64,000 bases of DNA from positions 2,304,001 through 2,368,000 of the forward strand of contig OZ253470.1 in NCBI GenBank assembly GCA_965261735.1, given 5' to 3'. Shown here in pieces: positions 40,469-53,621 of the stretch (its first letter is position 1; the number at the start of each line of letters is the position of its first letter). Below the pieces are notes generated by a model, which was not told the origin of the DNA, searched no databases, and saw only the letters and a program-made list of their open reading frames with translations. The position numbers and the translations under genes are program-made. The DNA comes from Alphaproteobacteria bacterium. Lineage in GTDB: Bacteria > Pseudomonadota > Alphaproteobacteria > SHVV01.

Positions 40469-43400
40469 GCGGCTTTCTCGATGCCCTGAGCGATCGCGTT
40501 CTGCTGTGCGACGGCGCCATGGGGAGCCGCGTGCAGGCCCTCGATCTCGAGATAGAGCGCGACTATGACGGTCAGGAGAACTGCACTGAAATCCTGACCC
40601 GAACCCGCCCCGATATCGTGCGCGACATTCATGCGGGCTACCTCGAGGCCGGCGCCGACGTCGTGCAGACCAATACCTTCGGCGGCTCGCCGATCACGCT
40701 CGGCGAGTTCGGCCTCGAGGACGAGGCCCATGAGCTCAACCGCCGCGCGGCGGAGATCGCCCGCGAGGCGGTCGATGCCTTCGCCCATGACGGGCGCCCC
40801 CGCTACGTCCTCGGCTCGATCGGACCCGGCACCAGGCTTCCGAGCCTCGGCCACGTCGCCTACGACGCGCTCGAGGAGGCGCTCGCCGTTCAGTGTCGCG
40901 GCCTGATCGCCGGCGGCGTTGATGCCCTCCTCATCGAGACCTGCCAGGACCCGCTGCAGATCAAGGCCGCCGTCAACGCGGCCAAGCGCGGCCGCGCCGA
41001 AGCGGGCGCGGCGCTGCCGATCGCGGTGCAGGCGACGGTCGAGACCACCGGCACCCTGCTGGTCGGCGCCGACATCGCGTCGGCGGCCACCATCGTCGAG
41101 GCGCTCGGCGTCGACATGGTCGGTCTCAACTGCGCCACCGGACCGCAGGAGATGGCCGAGCACGTCAAGTGGCTGCGCGAGAATTGGCCCGGGCTAATTT
41201 CGGTGCAGCCCAATGCTGGCCTCCCCGAGCTGGTTGACGGAAAGACCCACTATCCGCTGACGCCGCCCGAGATCGCCAAGTGGCTCGAGCGCTTCATCGT
41301 CGAGGACGGCGTCAATATGGTCGGCGGCTGCTGTGGCACCACGGTGGAGCACATCGCCGCGCTCGACGCCATGCTCGCCGGCCTCGACAACGGCGCGCGG
41401 CGGCCGCGACCTGCGCGCCGGAGCGTGCACTGGGTGCCGGCGGTGGCGTCGCTGTTCAGCCAGGTGCCGATGCGACAGGAAAACGCGTACCTGTCGATCG
41501 GCGAGCGCTGCAACGCCAACGGGTCGAAGAAGTTTCGCGAGGCCCAGGAGGCGCAGGATTGGGATAGTTGCGTCGCCATCGGGCGCGATCAGGTGCGCGA
41601 GGGCTCGCACGCGCTCGACGTCTGCACCGCCTTTGTCGGCCGCGACGAGCGCGGCGAAATGTGCGAGCTGGTGGGGCGCATGCGGGGCGCGGTCGATGCG
41701 CCGCTGATCATCGATTCGACCGAGCTCGAAGTGATCGAGGCGGCGCTGAAGCTCTACGGCGGCAAGGCGATCATCAACTCGATCAACTTCGAGGATGGCG
41801 AGGAGCCCGCGGCAAAGCGGCTCGAGCTCGCACGCCGCTTCGGCAGCGCGGTGATCGCATTGACCATCGGCGAGGAGGGCATGGCCAAGACCACCGAGGA
41901 CAAGGTCGCGCTCGCCCATCGCCTCCACGACTTCGCTTGCGGTACTCACGGACTACCGGCCTCGGACTTCCTCTTCGATCCGCTGACGTTCACCATCTGC
42001 ACGGGCAACGAGGACGATCGCAAGCTCGGCCTATGGACGCTCGATGCCATCGAGCGCATCGCCGGGGAACTGCCGCGTTGTCAGATCGTGCTCGGGCTGT
42101 CGAACATCTCCTTCGGGCTCGCGCCCGCGGCGCGCCAGGTGCTCAATTCGGTCTATCTCGACCATGCATTGAAGCGCGGCCTCACCTCGGCGATCCTCCA
42201 CTTCGGCAAGATTCTACCGCTGCATGCGATTCCCGCCGAGGAGGTCACGGTCGCCGAGGACCTGATCTACGATCGCCGGCGCGAGGGTTACGATCCGCTG
42301 CATGCATACCTCGCGCTGTTCGAGGACCGCGCGGCCGCGCCAAAAGCGGCGAAGGAGCCGCCGGCGAACGTCGGCGAACGCCTCACGCATCGCATCATCG
42401 ACGGCGACCGGCGCGGCCTCGAAGGCGACCTCGACGAGGCGCTCACCGAGACCCCGGCGCTCGATATCATCAACACCTTCCTCCTCGACGGCATGAAGGT
42501 GGTCGGTGAATTGTTCGGCGCTGGCAAGATGCAGCTGCCGTTCGTGCTCCAATCGGCCGAGACGATGAAGGCGGCCGTCTCCCATCTCGAGCCGCACATG
42601 GAGAGGGTCGAGGGCCAGGAGAAGGGCACCCTCGTCGTCGCCACGGTCAAGGGCGACGTGCACGACATCGGCAAGAACCTGGTCGACATCATCCTCACCA
42701 ACAACGGCTATCGCGTGATCAATCTCGGCATCAAGCAGCCGATCGCCAATATCATCGCGGCGGCGATCGAACACGGCGCCGACGCTATCGGCATGTCCGG
42801 GCTGCTCGTCAAGTCGACCGTGGTGATGCGCGACAATCTCGTCGAGATGACCCGCGCCGGGCTCGATCTGCCGGTCCTGCTCGGCGGTGCCGCCCTGACC
42901 CGCGCCTACGTCGAGGAAGATTGCGCGCAGACCTACGGGACGGGGCTGGTGGCCTACGCGCGCGATGCCTTCGACGGGCTCGGCCTCATGGAAAAGGTGA
43001 AGAGCGGCACCTTCGCCGATCACGTCGCCGAGGCAACGCAGAAGCGCGACCAGCGCCCCTCACGCAATCGCCGCCGGCTCGGCCAAGCCGCACCCGAGGC
43101 GCTACAGCGGCCCGTCGACCTCGAGGAGATACGGCTCAAGCGCGCCGAGCTCACGAACGGCATCGAGGTGCCGGAGCCGCCCTTTTGGGGTGCGCGCCTG
43201 GTCGAGCGGGTGCCGCTCAAGGCACTCCTGCCTTACATCAACGAGACCATGCTGTTCCAGTTCCAGTGGGGCTTTCGCAAGGCCGGGCGCGACCGCGAGG
43301 AATTTCGTGCGTGGGCGGAGCGCGAGGTTCGACCGATTCTCCATCGTATGATCGAGATCGCCAATCGCGAGGACATCATCCACGCCGGCGCCTGCTACGG

Positions 43401-43956
43401 CTATTGGCGGGCGGCGGCCGAGGGCAACGACATCATCCTGTTCGAGGACGGCGCCCGCGAGGTCGCGCGCTTTGCGCTGCCGCGCCAGGATCGCTCCGGC
43501 GGCCTGTGCATCGCCGATTTCCTGCGCGACGTCGACTCCGGTGAGACGGACGTGATCGGTCTGCAGGTCGTGACCATCGGGCAGCGCGCGTCGGAGGTGG
43601 CGCGCGCCTGGTTCGCCGAGGACCGCTACCAGGACTACCTCTATCTCCACGGCCTCGGGGTCGAGGTCACCGAGGCGCTGGCCGAGTACGTGCACAAGCG
43701 GATTCGCGGCGACCTCGGCTTCGGCCACGAGGACGAGCGCGAGATCGACAAGCTCCTGAAGCAAGGCTATCGCGGCTCACGCTACTCCTTCGGCTATCCC
43801 GCGTGCCCCAATCTCGGCGATCAGCGCGTCCTGCTCGAACTCCTCGGCGCGGAGCGCCTCGGCATCGCCATGGCCGAGGAGGACCAGCTCCATCCCGAGC
43901 AATCGACCTCGGCGATCGTCATCCACCACCCCCAGGCGAAGTACTTCTCGGCGTGA
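40465..43956 (+). CDS. metH: B12-dependent methionine synthase
   Basis: DGAMGS, GGCCGT, IGERCNANGS, GDVHDIGKN and RYSFGYPACP motifs. Confidence 0.97.
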   Translation: MSGFLDALSDRVLLCDGAMGSRVQALDLEIERDYDGQENCTEILTRTRPDIVRDIHAGYLEAGADVVQTNTFGGSPITLGEFGLEDEAHELNRRAAEIAREAVDAFAHDGRPRYVLGSIGPGTRLPSLGHVAYDALEEALAVQCRGLIAGGVDALLIETCQDPLQIKAAVNAAKRGRAEAGAALPIAVQATVETTGTLLVGADIASAATIVEALGVDMVGLNCATGPQEMAEHVKWLRENWPGLISVQPNAGLPELVDGKTHYPLTPPEIAKWLERFIVEDGVNMVGGCCGTTVEHIAALDAMLAGLDNGARRPRPARRSVHWVPAVASLFSQVPMRQENAYLSIGERCNANGSKKFREAQEAQDWDSCVAIGRDQVREGSHALDVCTAFVGRDERGEMCELVGRMRGAVDAPLIIDSTELEVIEAALKLYGGKAIINSINFEDGEEPAAKRLELARRFGSAVIALTIGEEGMAKTTEDKVALAHRLHDFACGTHGLPASDFLFDPLTFTICTGNEDDRKLGLWTLDAIERIAGELPRCQIVLGLSNISFGLAPAARQVLNSVYLDHALKRGLTSAILHFGKILPLHAIPAEEVTVAEDLIYDRRREGYDPLHAYLALFEDRAAAPKAAKEPPANVGERLTHRIIDGDRRGLEGDLDEALTETPALDIINTFLLDGMKVVGELFGAGKMQLPFVLQSAETMKAAVSHLEPHMERVEGQEKGTLVVATVKGDVHDIGKNLVDIILTNNGYRVINLGIKQPIANIIAAAIEHGADAIGMSGLLVKSTVVMRDNLVEMTRAGLDLPVLLGGAALTRAYVEEDCAQTYGTGLVAYARDAFDGLGLMEKVKSGTFADHVAEATQKRDQRPSRNRRRLGQAAPEALQRPVDLEEIRLKRAELTNGIEVPEPPFWGARLVERVPLKALLPYINETMLFQFQWGFRKAGRDREEFRAWAEREVRPILHRMIEIANREDIIHAGACYGYWRAAAEGNDIILFEDGAREVARFALPRQDRSGGLCIADFLRDVDSGETDVIGLQVVTIGQRASEVARAWFAEDRYQDYLYLHGLGVEVTEALAEYVHKRIRGDLGFGHEDEREIDKLLKQGYRGSRYSFGYPACPNLGDQRVLLELLGAERLGIAMAEEDQLHPEQSTSAIVIHHPQAKYFSA

Positions 43957-43968
43957 GCCGCGAGGTCC

Positions 43969-45171
43969 TCAATCGCCGAACATGCGCTCCAGATAGTCGT
44001 TGATGTAGTTGTGGACGAGAAACTCGCCGCTCGACATGCGGCCGGGCTCGAAGGCGCCCGAGCTCATCACCTTCTGCAGCGATTCGATCATCGGCCGGTC
44101 CTCTTCGAGGATCTCCAGCATGAGATCGTAGGTGGGCTTTCGTTCCTCGAAATCAGGGAGGTCGAAATAGGCCTCCGGGAACGTCCGGTACTGAACGATG
44201 CGGCACTGTCCGGGCGATAGGGGCCAGACGATGATCTGCGAGACCCCGTAGGGGCGGGCGAAGGTCGTGAAGTTGGGCGTCAGGAAACCCGCACCCATGT
44301 AGCGCACCGGATCCTTGCCCTCCATCCACTCGGTGAGCCACGGCGCCGTGTCGAAGATCTTGTCGGGGTCCGTCGCCGCGGCTTGCGCCTCGTAGAAGGT
44401 GGCGTAGCCGCCATGCTTCATGCGCCGGTATTCGTAATTCTCGGGCCGTGGCCAATCGGTGAGCGTGTCGCCGTGCAGGGTGATGAGGTGATAGACGTCG
44501 ACGAAGTTCTCGTTGACGAGCTTCCAGTTGCAATTGAGGACGGTCTCGATCTTGCCGGGCAGGAGCCGGCAGCGGCCCTGCTGGAAGACGCCGAACTCCT
44601 CCGCGAACTCGGCGACGAAATCGGCGAGCGGTGCCGCGTGCTCATCGAAGTTCACGAACACCCAGCCCTCCCAGACGCCGAGCCGGAGCGGGCGCAGGCG
44701 GCAGTCGCCCGCGTCGAAGCCCTTGACGTCGTCCATGTAGGCCGCGCCCAGAAGCTTGCCCGATAAGTCGTAGGTCCAGGCGTGGTAGGGGCACTGGAAG
44801 TGCTTGAGGTTGCCCTCGCCGGCGGCGACCTCGACGCCGCGGTGGGCGCACACGTTGTAGAAGGCGTTGAGCTCGCCGGCGTGGTTCCGCGCAACGACAA
44901 TGGGCTCGCCCATGATGTTGAAGGTCATGTAGTCGCCGGGCTTCTCGACCTCCTCGGCGCGGGCCACCGCGAGCCAGTCCTTCATGAAGATCTTCTGCTT
45001 CTCGATCTCGAACAGCTCGGGCGAGGTGTAGATGTAGGCCGGCAGGTGGCGCGCCTCGTCGAGCGGCCGTTGCGTCGCCTCGAGCCCTTCGCCGAGGGCG
45101 TTGCTTCCGTTGCCGGGTGGGAATGCTTCCGCGAGCGCCATGGCATCCTCCGCTAGGGGCGCATCGTTCAC
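43969..45171 (-). CDS. Rieske non-heme iron oxygenase alpha subunit (choline monooxygenase/CntA-like)
   Basis: CAH..CPYH Rieske motif; NWK..ENFVDVYHLITLH; EED. Confidence 0.92.
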   Translation of the reverse strand: MNDAPLAEDAMALAEAFPPGNGSNALGEGLEATQRPLDEARHLPAYIYTSPELFEIEKQKIFMKDWLAVARAEEVEKPGDYMTFNIMGEPIVVARNHAGELNAFYNVCAHRGVEVAAGEGNLKHFQCPYHAWTYDLSGKLLGAAYMDDVKGFDAGDCRLRPLRLGVWEGWVFVNFDEHAAPLADFVAEFAEEFGVFQQGRCRLLPGKIETVLNCNWKLVNENFVDVYHLITLHGDTLTDWPRPENYEYRRMKHGGYATFYEAQAAATDPDKIFDTAPWLTEWMEGKDPVRYMGAGFLTPNFTTFARPYGVSQIIVWPLSPGQCRIVQYRTFPEAYFDLPDFEERKPTYDLMLEILEEDRPMIESLQKVMSSGAFEPGRMSSGEFLVHNYINDYLERMFGD

Positions 45172-45226
45172 GTAGCATAGCGCGATTCGCGAACCGCCAA
45201 AAGCCGAGCCTACCGACGGGCTGCTT

Positions 45227-46327
45227 CTATGTGGTCTGGGCGTAGGCGTCCATGACCGCGGCGATCACGCGTTCGGATTCATTGATTACGGGCTGCCACG
45301 CCGGCGTCACCGGATCGGCGTGGAACAGGACCTTGTGGCGTGCGAAAAAATCGATCTCCGGGTAGTGCCGGAACAGCTTGCGCTTCAATTCCCGCAACAC
45401 CTCGGCCAGGGTCGCGGTTGAGAACCGGTTCTCGGATTCGGGACGGCCATAGTAGTAGTCGGCTGGTGCCAGGCATCCGGCGCAGATCGCGTCGCTGTCG
45501 CCGACCACGTGGATGCGCTCGAGCTCGGGGATGACGGTGAAGATAAAGCCGCCGTCGATCTGGTCGTTCGCCTGCGGTTCAGCATGACGGGTCGGCCGGA
45601 TGGCCAGCGGGTGCATGGCGAACCACCTCTGGACCAAACCGCCGTCACCGACGTGCCACAGGAGGTTGTGTTTCCACTGCGGGAACCACTCCGAATCGAC
45701 GAAGGCGCCGGCCACGCTCGGATGCAGGCAGTCGAGCGCAAGCCGCACAAGGTCGCGCGGCGGCACCGTGATAGAGAACTCTTCAGGGCGCGCGAATTTC
45801 TCGGCAATACGATGCGCCGCGGGCTCGTGAACCATGTCGAAGGGCGCGAAGCAGATACCACGTGCCCCCGACTCCAGCAGCTCGACGATCGCGGGGAAGG
45901 TGCCGTCCGCGTAGACGACGTCGGCGGTGGCGATGACCAGCGCCGCGTCCGCCGCCGCGCCCGCACGGATACCGTCGAAATAGCACGCGGACTGCAGGTT
46001 GAACTTGCTCATGTCGTAGCGGTCCATCGCGCGGATGTTCTTGGTCTGATCGGTCTTGTCGCTCCCTGGCTCTCGGGTGAAGGACACCTCGTCGGGGAGC
46101 GGAACCCAGTCGATCTTGGCGAAGTCGGCGAGCCGCTTGATCAGGCCGGGCGCCTCGCGAACGATGGCCTGATAGTCGGTCTGCGTGCTGTAGATGCGGT
46201 AACTGACGGCGACGTCCTTGGCGATCGCGGGCAGGTTGTTGGCCGACAGGTGCGACGGCAGGACGTAGTTCTGCGTGAGCTTGCGGAAGTAGGAGCCCCA
46301 GGCCGGAAGGAGAATATGGAGGTCCAT
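45227..46327 (-). CDS. Hypothetical protein, possible GT-A-like fold
   Basis: AWGSYF...LPS..SANNLPA N-terminus and ADVVYADG; GC-type codon usage. Confidence 0.7.
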   Translation of the reverse strand: MDLHILLPAWGSYFRKLTQNYVLPSHLSANNLPAIAKDVAVSYRIYSTQTDYQAIVREAPGLIKRLADFAKIDWVPLPDEVSFTREPGSDKTDQTKNIRAMDRYDMSKFNLQSACYFDGIRAGAAADAALVIATADVVYADGTFPAIVELLESGARGICFAPFDMVHEPAAHRIAEKFARPEEFSITVPPRDLVRLALDCLHPSVAGAFVDSEWFPQWKHNLLWHVGDGGLVQRWFAMHPLAIRPTRHAEPQANDQIDGGFIFTVIPELERIHVVGDSDAICAGCLAPADYYYGRPESENRFSTATLAEVLRELKRKLFRHYPEIDFFARHKVLFHADPVTPAWQPVINESERVIAAVMDAYAQTT

Positions 46328-46382
46328 GGGGGGTCCTACTTGAAGGCCGCGGCGGGTATTCGAGAGGTGGCGGCGCGGCCCG

Positions 46383-47072
46383 CTACCAGGGAATTTCGCT
46401 TCCGTCGTAGTTGAGATAGCGGCCCGAATCGCCGGGGCCAAGCTCGGCGATCACCGCGCGCAGGGCGGTGACGCTCTCGGTCGTACTCAAAGCCGCGTTC
46501 TTGCCACCCATGTCGGTCCGCACCCAGCCCGGATGGACGACCACCGCGGTTGCCCGGCCGTCGAGGTCGCGGGCGAGGTTGCGCGTCACCGCGTTTACGG
46601 CCGCCTTGCTCGACCGGTACAGATAGGCGCCGCCCGGCGCCTCGGTGATGCTTCCCATGCGGCTCGACACCGTGACGACCAGTTTTCGCTCGCTGCGTGC
46701 GACGTGATCGATAAAGGCCTCGATCATCTTCGTCGGCCCGAGGAGGTTCGCCCGCAGCACCTCCTGCCACTCCACGTAGTCGATCTTGCCGAACACCTGC
46801 GGCCAGCCGCCCGAGACGCCGGCGTTGTTCAACAATAGGTCGATCGCTTCGCCCCCGAGGGCACTGGCGAGCCGGTCGACACCGCCGAGATCGGTAACGT
46901 CGAGCGCGTGCACCGATAACCGGCCCGCGCTCGCCTCGGCGAGCCGGTTGAGTGCATCGGCGCGGTCGGGATCGCGCGCGCCACCGAACACGCGCCAGCC
47001 ATCGCTCGCGTACTGCTTCGCGAATTCAAGGCCGAGGCCGCGGTTCGCCCCGGTGATGAGCGCCGTGGGCAT
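46383..47072 (-). CDS. CsgA-like SDR oxidoreductase
   Basis: TGANRGLG, NNAG, YRSSKAA and HPGWVRTDMGG motifs. Confidence 0.92.
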   Translation of the reverse strand: MPTALITGANRGLGLEFAKQYASDGWRVFGGARDPDRADALNRLAEASAGRLSVHALDVTDLGGVDRLASALGGEAIDLLLNNAGVSGGWPQVFGKIDYVEWQEVLRANLLGPTKMIEAFIDHVARSERKLVVTVSSRMGSITEAPGGAYLYRSSKAAVNAVTRNLARDLDGRATAVVVHPGWVRTDMGGKNAALSTTESVTALRAVIAELGPGDSGRYLNYDGSEIPW

Positions 47073-47081
47073 GCCGCTGCT

Positions 47082-47816
47082 CTAGGGCGGGAACTCCTCG
47101 CCGTGCCACCAGTAGAGGCGGCCGGAATCGGCGGGAGTCAGCGAATCCATGATCTTGCGCATGCCCTGGATGCTCTCTGACGGAGCGATCAGCAGGTCTT
47201 CGGTCTGGCCCGGATCGAGGTCGGCCCGGCCCATCTCGGTGTTGGACCACCCCGGGTTGATCGACACGACCGTAGTGCCATCGCCCTTAAGGTAGCCCGA
47301 GAGCTCCTTGGTGATCAGGTTGATCGCCACCTTGCTCGAGCGATAGACGTGCTTGTTGTCGCCCCACTCGATGTACTCGCTGCCCGTCGAGGACACCGAG
47401 CCCAGCGTGCTCGTCATGTTGAGGATGATCTTGCGCCGGCCGCGCGCGACGTACGGCGCGAAGGCCTCGCACATCTTCATGGTGCCGAAGAGATTGGTGC
47501 GCAGGACGGCGTCCCACTTGGCGTAGTCGGTGGCACCAAATACGTCGCGCGTGGGTAGGACGCCGGCGTTGTTCACGAGCACGTCGATGGCCTCGCCGCC
47601 GAGTTCAGCGGCCAGCGCATCGATACTCGCGTGATCGTCGATGTCGAGGGGATGCACGCTGACGCGGCCCTTGGAGGCGGCGGCGATGGCGTTGAGCTCC
47701 TGGGCCCCGGCGGGATTGCGGCAGCAGGCGAGGAGGCGCCAGCCCGCTTCGTCCAGCTGCCGCACCCACTCGAGGCCGAGGCCGCGATTGGCGCCGCTAA
47801 TCAGCATCGTGTCCAT
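47082..47816 (-). CDS. CsgA-like SDR oxidoreductase
   Basis: SGANRGLG, NNAG and YRSSK motifs. Confidence 0.92.
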   Translation of the reverse strand: MDTMLISGANRGLGLEWVRQLDEAGWRLLACCRNPAGAQELNAIAAASKGRVSVHPLDIDDHASIDALAAELGGEAIDVLVNNAGVLPTRDVFGATDYAKWDAVLRTNLFGTMKMCEAFAPYVARGRRKIILNMTSTLGSVSSTGSEYIEWGDNKHVYRSSKVAINLITKELSGYLKGDGTTVVSINPGWSNTEMGRADLDPGQTEDLLIAPSESIQGMRKIMDSLTPADSGRLYWWHGEEFPP

Positions 47817-47862
47817 GGCAGGCGAGGTTAATCGCGCCGCCGCGCGGCGTCAAAGCCTTCGA

Positions 47863-48606
47863 TTACCAGGGGACGTCGGTTCCGTCATAGCGGATGAAAC
47901 GCCCGGCGTCGGCGGCCGCGAGCCCGTCGATCACCCCGCGCATGCCGGCGATACTGACCTCCGGTGTGAGCATATCGGCGAGCTTCGCGTCGGGCTTGAG
48001 CACGCGCCCCTCCTCGTCGCGGTCATGCAGGCTCGCGATCCCCATGTCGGTCGCGACCCAGCCCGGCGTCAGCGCCACGGCGATGATGCCGCGCGGCGCC
48101 AGGGCATCCGCCATCATGCGCACCACCATGTTGAGGGCCGCCTTCGAGGTGCGGTAGGCGAGCGCGCCGTCGCCCCGGGCATTGGCGATGCTGCCGAGGC
48201 CACTGGAGAGGGTGGCGAGAACACCGCGCCGGCTCCGCGCCACGTGAGGCGCAAAGGCCTCGGCCATCCTCATCGGCGCAAAGACGTTGGTCCACATCGT
48301 CTTCGCCCATCGCGCATAGTCGGTGTGCCCGAACGCCTGGTAGAGCGGCATGACGCCCGCGTTATTGATCAGCACGTCGATGGTCTCGTCGCGCAGCGCA
48401 TCTGCCAGCGCAGCGATTGCTGCGTGGTCGTCGATGTCGAGCGCATGGACCGCGACGCCGCCCGCGCCCCCGGCCAGCGCGGTGAGCGGGTCGGCCTGCG
48501 CTGGGTCGCGGCAGCAGGCGAGGACGCGCCAACCGGCGCCCGCGTACTGCCGAACGAATTCGAGCCCAAGGCCGCGATTGGCCCCGGTGATCAGAAGCGT
48601 GTCCAT
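47863..48606 (-). CDS. CsgA-like SDR oxidoreductase
   Basis: TGANRGLG, NNAG, YRTSK and PGWVATDMG motifs. Confidence 0.92.
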   Translation of the reverse strand: MDTLLITGANRGLGLEFVRQYAGAGWRVLACCRDPAQADPLTALAGGAGGVAVHALDIDDHAAIAALADALRDETIDVLINNAGVMPLYQAFGHTDYARWAKTMWTNVFAPMRMAEAFAPHVARSRRGVLATLSSGLGSIANARGDGALAYRTSKAALNMVVRMMADALAPRGIIAVALTPGWVATDMGIASLHDRDEEGRVLKPDAKLADMLTPEVSIAGMRGVIDGLAAADAGRFIRYDGTDVPW

Positions 48607-48687
48607 GGGAGACTCGTGCGTTGCTGGGTCGGGTGCCGCCAGACTAGGCGTTTTCCTCGCCGCTTGAAAACAGGGGCGCTCGCGCGC

Positions 48688-52274
<3,587 letters not shown>

Positions 52275-52278
<4 letters not shown>

Positions 52279-53426
52279 GATCCGCCCCACTCGCCATAGG
52301 CGGCGCACAGGCGGGCGGCCATCACCTCGCCTGCGACGCGGTGGCCGCGGGCGTTCCAGTGGCCGCCGGCGAAGGACTTGGAGCCGTGCAGGCGAGCGGC
52401 GTTGGCTTCGGCGTAGTGGCGTAGAGGCTCCACGAGCGTGATGGCCGGGATGCCGCGCACGGCGGCGAATTCGGCGAGCCGCCGGTCGGGATAGTCGAGG
52501 CTCTCGACCCCAAGAGCGCGGCGACGGGTGTCGCGCACCGAGGCATCCGGATAGACCTGAATGGGGTTCGTCAACGTCACCAGCCAGAAATCGGCGTCAC
52601 GCGCCGCGGCGGCGTCCCGCATGTGCGCGATGAGTGCCTCGCTGACGCGCCAGGCCTCGCGCCACGGCCCGGTGGGCTCGCGGTAGAGTTCGGCGCCGAG
52701 GCCCGCGCCAAGCTGATCGAGGACATCGCCACCCGCCGCACTGCCGCCACGCACCCGCCGGTAGGCTTGGCGCGCCACCTGCAGGGTGCGCGACGCGTTG
52801 TGGAGCGCGTGTTTTAGATCGGACCAGGTCTTCTTGGTGCGGAAGCGGGCCGAACGCAGGTTGCCGTCGTCGACCACGAGCGCGCCGTCGCGCAGGACGA
52901 AGTAGGGGCGGTCGGGATGGCCGTCGAGGGCGCGGCTGTTGTTGGCCACGTCGTTGCCGGTGAAGAACGCGAGCATCACGACGTCCGGGGAGTAGGGCCA
53001 CACGCGGGTTTCGAGCACGATCGCGGCTTGCGCGGTGCCGTAGCCGTTGACCCCGAAGCCCAGGACCTCGACCGCGCCGACGCAGTCACTCAGTTTGCGC
53101 TCGGCGACCTTCCAGAAAGTATCCTCGAGCGCCACCTCACGGCCCTCGGTAAAGGAGTCGCCGAGCACCGCGACGCGCAGCGTGCCGGGGGGCTTGGCGA
53201 GCGCATGCGCTTCGTCGCGAAAGCCGGCATCGTTGATGCGAATGTGCGTCCTTCCCTCGAACGCATAGGTCCCGGCGAGACCCGGCCGCGGCGACCAGCC
53301 GAGGACAGGGTCGAGACGGTTGATCTCGGGGTACGAGATGCCGAGCAGCCGCAACACGACCTCGCCGACCACGAGGGCGAGGACGAGGCTCGCGGCAACG
53401 AGGAGCAGATTTCCCTTGGCCATCAT
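52275..53426 (-). CDS. Membrane-anchored SGNH/GDSL hydrolase family protein
   Basis: [15 protein letters not shown] and GHWN..GH motifs. Confidence 0.88.
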
Positions 53427-53448
53427 CCGCGAGGCTCGCCGGTCGGGG

Positions 53449-53590
53449 CCCCCCTCCCTAACCCTGCCCCACGAAGGGGGGAGGGGATGTTGGAGCCGGT
53501 CGGGCCGGCGCGCTACGATCGCCCGTGGACAACGAACCCTCCGAGCTTCGTCACCCTCCCCCTTGATGGGGGAGGGCTGGGGCGGGGGTG
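53449..53590. repeat. Inverted doublet of C/G-rich hairpin-plus-tail repeat, copy 3 (longer, different spacer)
   Basis: Units 53449-53486 and 53554-53590; the second begins CCCTCCCCCTTGATGGGGGAGGG, as at 6290. Confidence 0.85.
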
Positions 53591-53621
53591 GCATGCGGGT
53601 TCAACTGTTGGATCACCACCC

